Shown: positions 61,574 to 64,000 of the stretch, one piece after another
How the letters are laid out: the number at the start of each line of letters is the position of its first letter
How positions within the stretch are numbered: position 1 is the first letter of the stretch
Source of the DNA: Promethearchaeota archaeon
GTDB lineage: Archaea > Asgardarchaeota > Lokiarchaeia > Sigyniarchaeales > SOKP01
Length of the DNA: 64,000 nt
NCBI GenBank assembly: GCA_016839555.1
Contig: JAEOUA010000006.1
Span: 64,001 to 128,000 of the forward strand
Reading direction: 5' to 3'
Program-made: the position numbers and the translations under genes
Notes under the pieces: model-generated
Databases searched by the model: none
What the model was told of the DNA's origin: nothing
What the model saw: only the letters and a program-made list of their open reading frames with translations

Positions 61574-61804
61574 CGAAATTTTCTCTTCTCACCTTTCATA
61601 TGGTTTTGAATACCACAGAATAATAAGGTTGGTGGGTAAAAAAATATTTGGTTTGATTTGGTAAATATGATGTGCGTTTCCATATAGTATTAAAACATTT
61701 TTATAGAAGATTCTCTAATATTGATCTATGTGTAGAAATATTGATATTAGCAAGATTAGCTTATTTGTTAGAAAGTTCTTAGAATCGTCGAGGGGGATTT
61801 AACA

Positions 61805-63157
61805 ATGGCAGACACAGTTTTTGAAGAAGCACGAGAAACAAAAGTGTTCGATAGCGTTGATGTGCTGGTCTGTGGAGGCGGGTCATCTGGTATTTTCGCG
61901 GCGCTTGCTTCGGCACATCACGGTGCTGATACTTTTTTAATTGAGAAAGAGGGCTTTCTCGGAGGTACTGCGACCAACTATCTGGTGAATCCTATTCCCG
62001 AGATGATGGGAAAAGGCGGATTCATTCAGAACTTTATGGACCGAATGGCCGAGATGGGAGGGTATATCAAACATGAGCCCTCAGAGGTCAAATACGACTT
62101 TTCCCTTGCCAACACCTATGATGTGGAGATCTTCAAGTTTGTTGCGTTGGAAATGATAGATGAAGCTGGGGTGAAACTGCTGCTGCACACGCCCGCTGTA
62201 AAACCGGTGGTGGAAAATGATATCATACGGGGAGTTATAGTTGAAAATAAATCGGGGCGACAGGCAATCCTTGCGAAGCGTGTGATCGATTGTACAGGTG
62301 ACGGGGACGTTGCCGCTCGAGCGGGTGTTCCCTATGAGAAAGGGCGAGAGAAAGACGATCTTATGCCCTCCGTTTCATTGCTTTTTCATCTTCATAATGA
62401 TAAGGACTTGGAAGATCTGCCCGCAACGCCATTCGGTGGTATCTTTCTAATTAGTCCGCTCTTGAAAAAAACAGCAAGGAAAGAGAAGATCAAATACAAA
62501 ACGCCATATGATGTGGCGTTTATGGTGCCTATGCCGGTAAGTCCCGGGAAACTTTTGGTAAACCTCGCCCATGTAAAGAATATCGATGGGACAAAATCCG
62601 AAGATCTCACTCGCGCCCATATCATCTCGCGAAGGCAGATTATGGAAGCGACAGATTTGTTGCGGCATCATCCATATTTCAGTTCGGCGTATGTTGCGAG
62701 CACAGGAACGAGCATTTATGTTCGAGAAACGAGGCGAATTATAGGAGAATATATTATTACTGAGGAGGATGCTGTAAAAGGAGCTCACTTTGATGACGCA
62801 ATTACTTCATGCCGATACATGATAGATGTTCACCCCATTGATTCAAGCGAAACCGGGAGATACGAAAAGCATCCGCCCTTTGACATTCCCTATCGGAGCC
62901 TTATTCCGCTTAAGATTAATAATTTGCTGATCGCGGGGCGATGCGTTTCATCCGACCGCGTTGCGCAATCTGCCCTTCGGATTGGTGGTACTTGCATGAG
63001 CACCGGGGAAGCGGCAGGGACGGCAGCTGCACTCTCAATACAGAAAGGAGTTAAACCACGTGAAATGGATGGCACACTTGTTCAGAAGGCGTTAGAAACA
63101 CACGGAGTTAATATCAGACCAGAAAAAGGCACTGTCCCAGAAGAATGTATGTTTTAA
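61805..63157 (+). CDS. FAD-dependent oxidoreductase (FAD_oxidored family)
   Basis: DVLVCGGG..G, IE....LGG, IDCTGDGDVA, RETRRI.G, IPYRSL.P, LL.AGRC.S, GEAAG.AAA. Confidence 0.9.
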   Translation: MADTVFEEARETKVFDSVDVLVCGGGSSGIFAALASAHHGADTFLIEKEGFLGGTATNYLVNPIPEMMGKGGFIQNFMDRMAEMGGYIKHEPSEVKYDFSLANTYDVEIFKFVALEMIDEAGVKLLLHTPAVKPVVENDIIRGVIVENKSGRQAILAKRVIDCTGDGDVAARAGVPYEKGREKDDLMPSVSLLFHLHNDKDLEDLPATPFGGIFLISPLLKKTARKEKIKYKTPYDVAFMVPMPVSPGKLLVNLAHVKNIDGTKSEDLTRAHIISRRQIMEATDLLRHHPYFSSAYVASTGTSIYVRETRRIIGEYIITEEDAVKGAHFDDAITSCRYMIDVHPIDSSETGRYEKHPPFDIPYRSLIPLKINNLLIAGRCVSSDRVAQSALRIGGTCMSTGEAAGTAAALSIQKGVKPREMDGTLVQKALETHGVNIRPEKGTVPEECMF

Positions 63158-63263
63158 TATAAAGTATATTTCTTTCTTTTTTAACAGTGTATTACTTTAT
63201 ATTATCTAGAATTTACCTTTAATTTAATAAATCAATGCGTTTTGTAACTAATTATATAATGAT

Positions 63264-63529
63264 TTAATCAAAAGAAAATTTTTCTTCACTTAAGACTTTA
63301 CTAAATTTACAAATATTAACATCTAAAATCTTACAAACCTTTCCAATTGTATTGAGGATTGTTCCAGTTTCATATGTTACTACTTTCAAATCGCGAGCTT
63401 TTGCTAAGGCAACTACATAATGATCAGAAAATCTTTTGTACTACTACCTTTTCCCCATTTTGAAAAAGCTTTATTATTAACTAATTTCCTAACATAAGTT
63501 TGTTCTTTCTGGTTTGGCTCAATAAAATG
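63264..63529 (-). pseudogene. Frameshifted remnant of a DUF4411-like PIN-fold gene
   Basis: HFIEPNQKEQTYVRKLVN...KDF, frameshift, then SDHYVVALAKARDLKVVTYE...IGKVCKILDV...EEKFSFD* (D..V.ALA...VVT.E...I..VC pattern). Confidence 0.55.
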
Positions 63530-63600
63530 AGTAGTAAAAGATCTAAAAAATTTACATAGCTTATGTCTTTGTCTTTCTATTTTGATTTTAAAAACAGTAT

Positions 63601-64000
63601 TTATTTAAATTTATCAGGAATTTTTGGTAAACATATTATTTTTGGTAAATTTTCAAAATGGCGGTCAAATTTATAGATTTCTTTAATATTTTTTTCTTTC
63701 ATTAAAAGATAAGCAGAAATATCATTTGAATCCATATTATAATCTAAGATTTTATTTACTGACATGATATATAATGGTATTGAAATCTCCATGATTTCTA
63801 CAGACTTATTTGAGATTAATCCAATAATAAATTTTTGTAAATCTTCCCAAGACATTACATTTTTCAAGAGATTAACAACTTCAGATAATTGAATAATAGA
63901 GATGCAAAAGGAATTATTTTCATTATCAATTTTTTTTACTATCTCTTTTGCTTGACTTTTATACCACTTTAGTTTTTCTGATAAAGGCTTTCCTTTTTTC
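63601..64000 (-). CDS. PIN-domain (VapC-like) protein, 5' end outside the window
   Basis: Frame open to the window end (...SIIQLSEVVNLL...); ND..A..LM...I.EIY.FDRHF. Confidence 0.8.
   Translation of the reverse strand, partial: KKGKPLSEKLKWYKSQAKEIVKKIDNENNSFCISIIQLSEVVNLLKNVMSWEDLQKFIIGLISNKSVEIMEISIPLYIMSVNKILDYNMDSNDISAYLLMKEKNIKEIYKFDRHFENLPKIICLPKIPDKFK

Noticed and set aside
521-63075. Numerous short antisense or overlapping ORFs in the track (e.g. 521-796, 4403-4909, 42067-42429, 62447-62788)
   Set aside because: They lie opposite or within well-supported genes and have no recognisable motifs
1-64000. tRNA, rRNA, CRISPR array, integrase or IS element
   Set aside because: No cloverleaf, rRNA-like GC-rich tract, regularly spaced repeats or recombinase/transposase motifs were recognised by eye; a covariance-model scan would be needed to exclude small RNAs

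Overview
AT-rich archaeal DNA (roughly 30% GC by eye), almost certainly from an Asgard archaeon of the Lokiarchaeia type. The evidence is an archaeal histone, a PCNA-fold gene, Rab-like and Arf/Rag-like small GTPases, roadblock-like and profilin-like sequences, and multi-PAS kinases. The main feature is a ~12 kb isoprenoid/carotenoid cluster (1079-12993). It interleaves mevalonate-pathway genes (mvaD family, class II HMG-CoA reductase, HMG-CoA synthase with a DUF35-like C-terminal fusion, type 2 IPP isomerase) with crtB, crtI, a lycopene cyclase, crtD, cruF and the O2-dependent crtZ, a set that predicts hydroxylated C40 carotenoids such as saproxanthin and/or zeaxanthin. A decayed copy of part of glpA next to the cruF-crtD-crtY block suggests that block was inserted secondarily. 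Other notable elements are a degenerate Rab-like GTPase fused to a winged-helix DNA-binding domain, and a histone with a 24-aa Lys/Ala/Pro N-terminal tail. A probable defence island (about 21-32.7 kb) carries a divergent PCNA, an N6-adenine MTase and a PLD-SNF2 helicase. The rest comprises sugar/fucose-related genes, two sensor kinases, flavin/Fe-S oxidoreductases, an MNT-HEPN toxin-antitoxin pair and many short gene remnants in intergenic DNA. No rRNA, tRNA, CRISPR array, integrase or transposase was recognised. All calls come from motif recognition by eye; no database searches were run.
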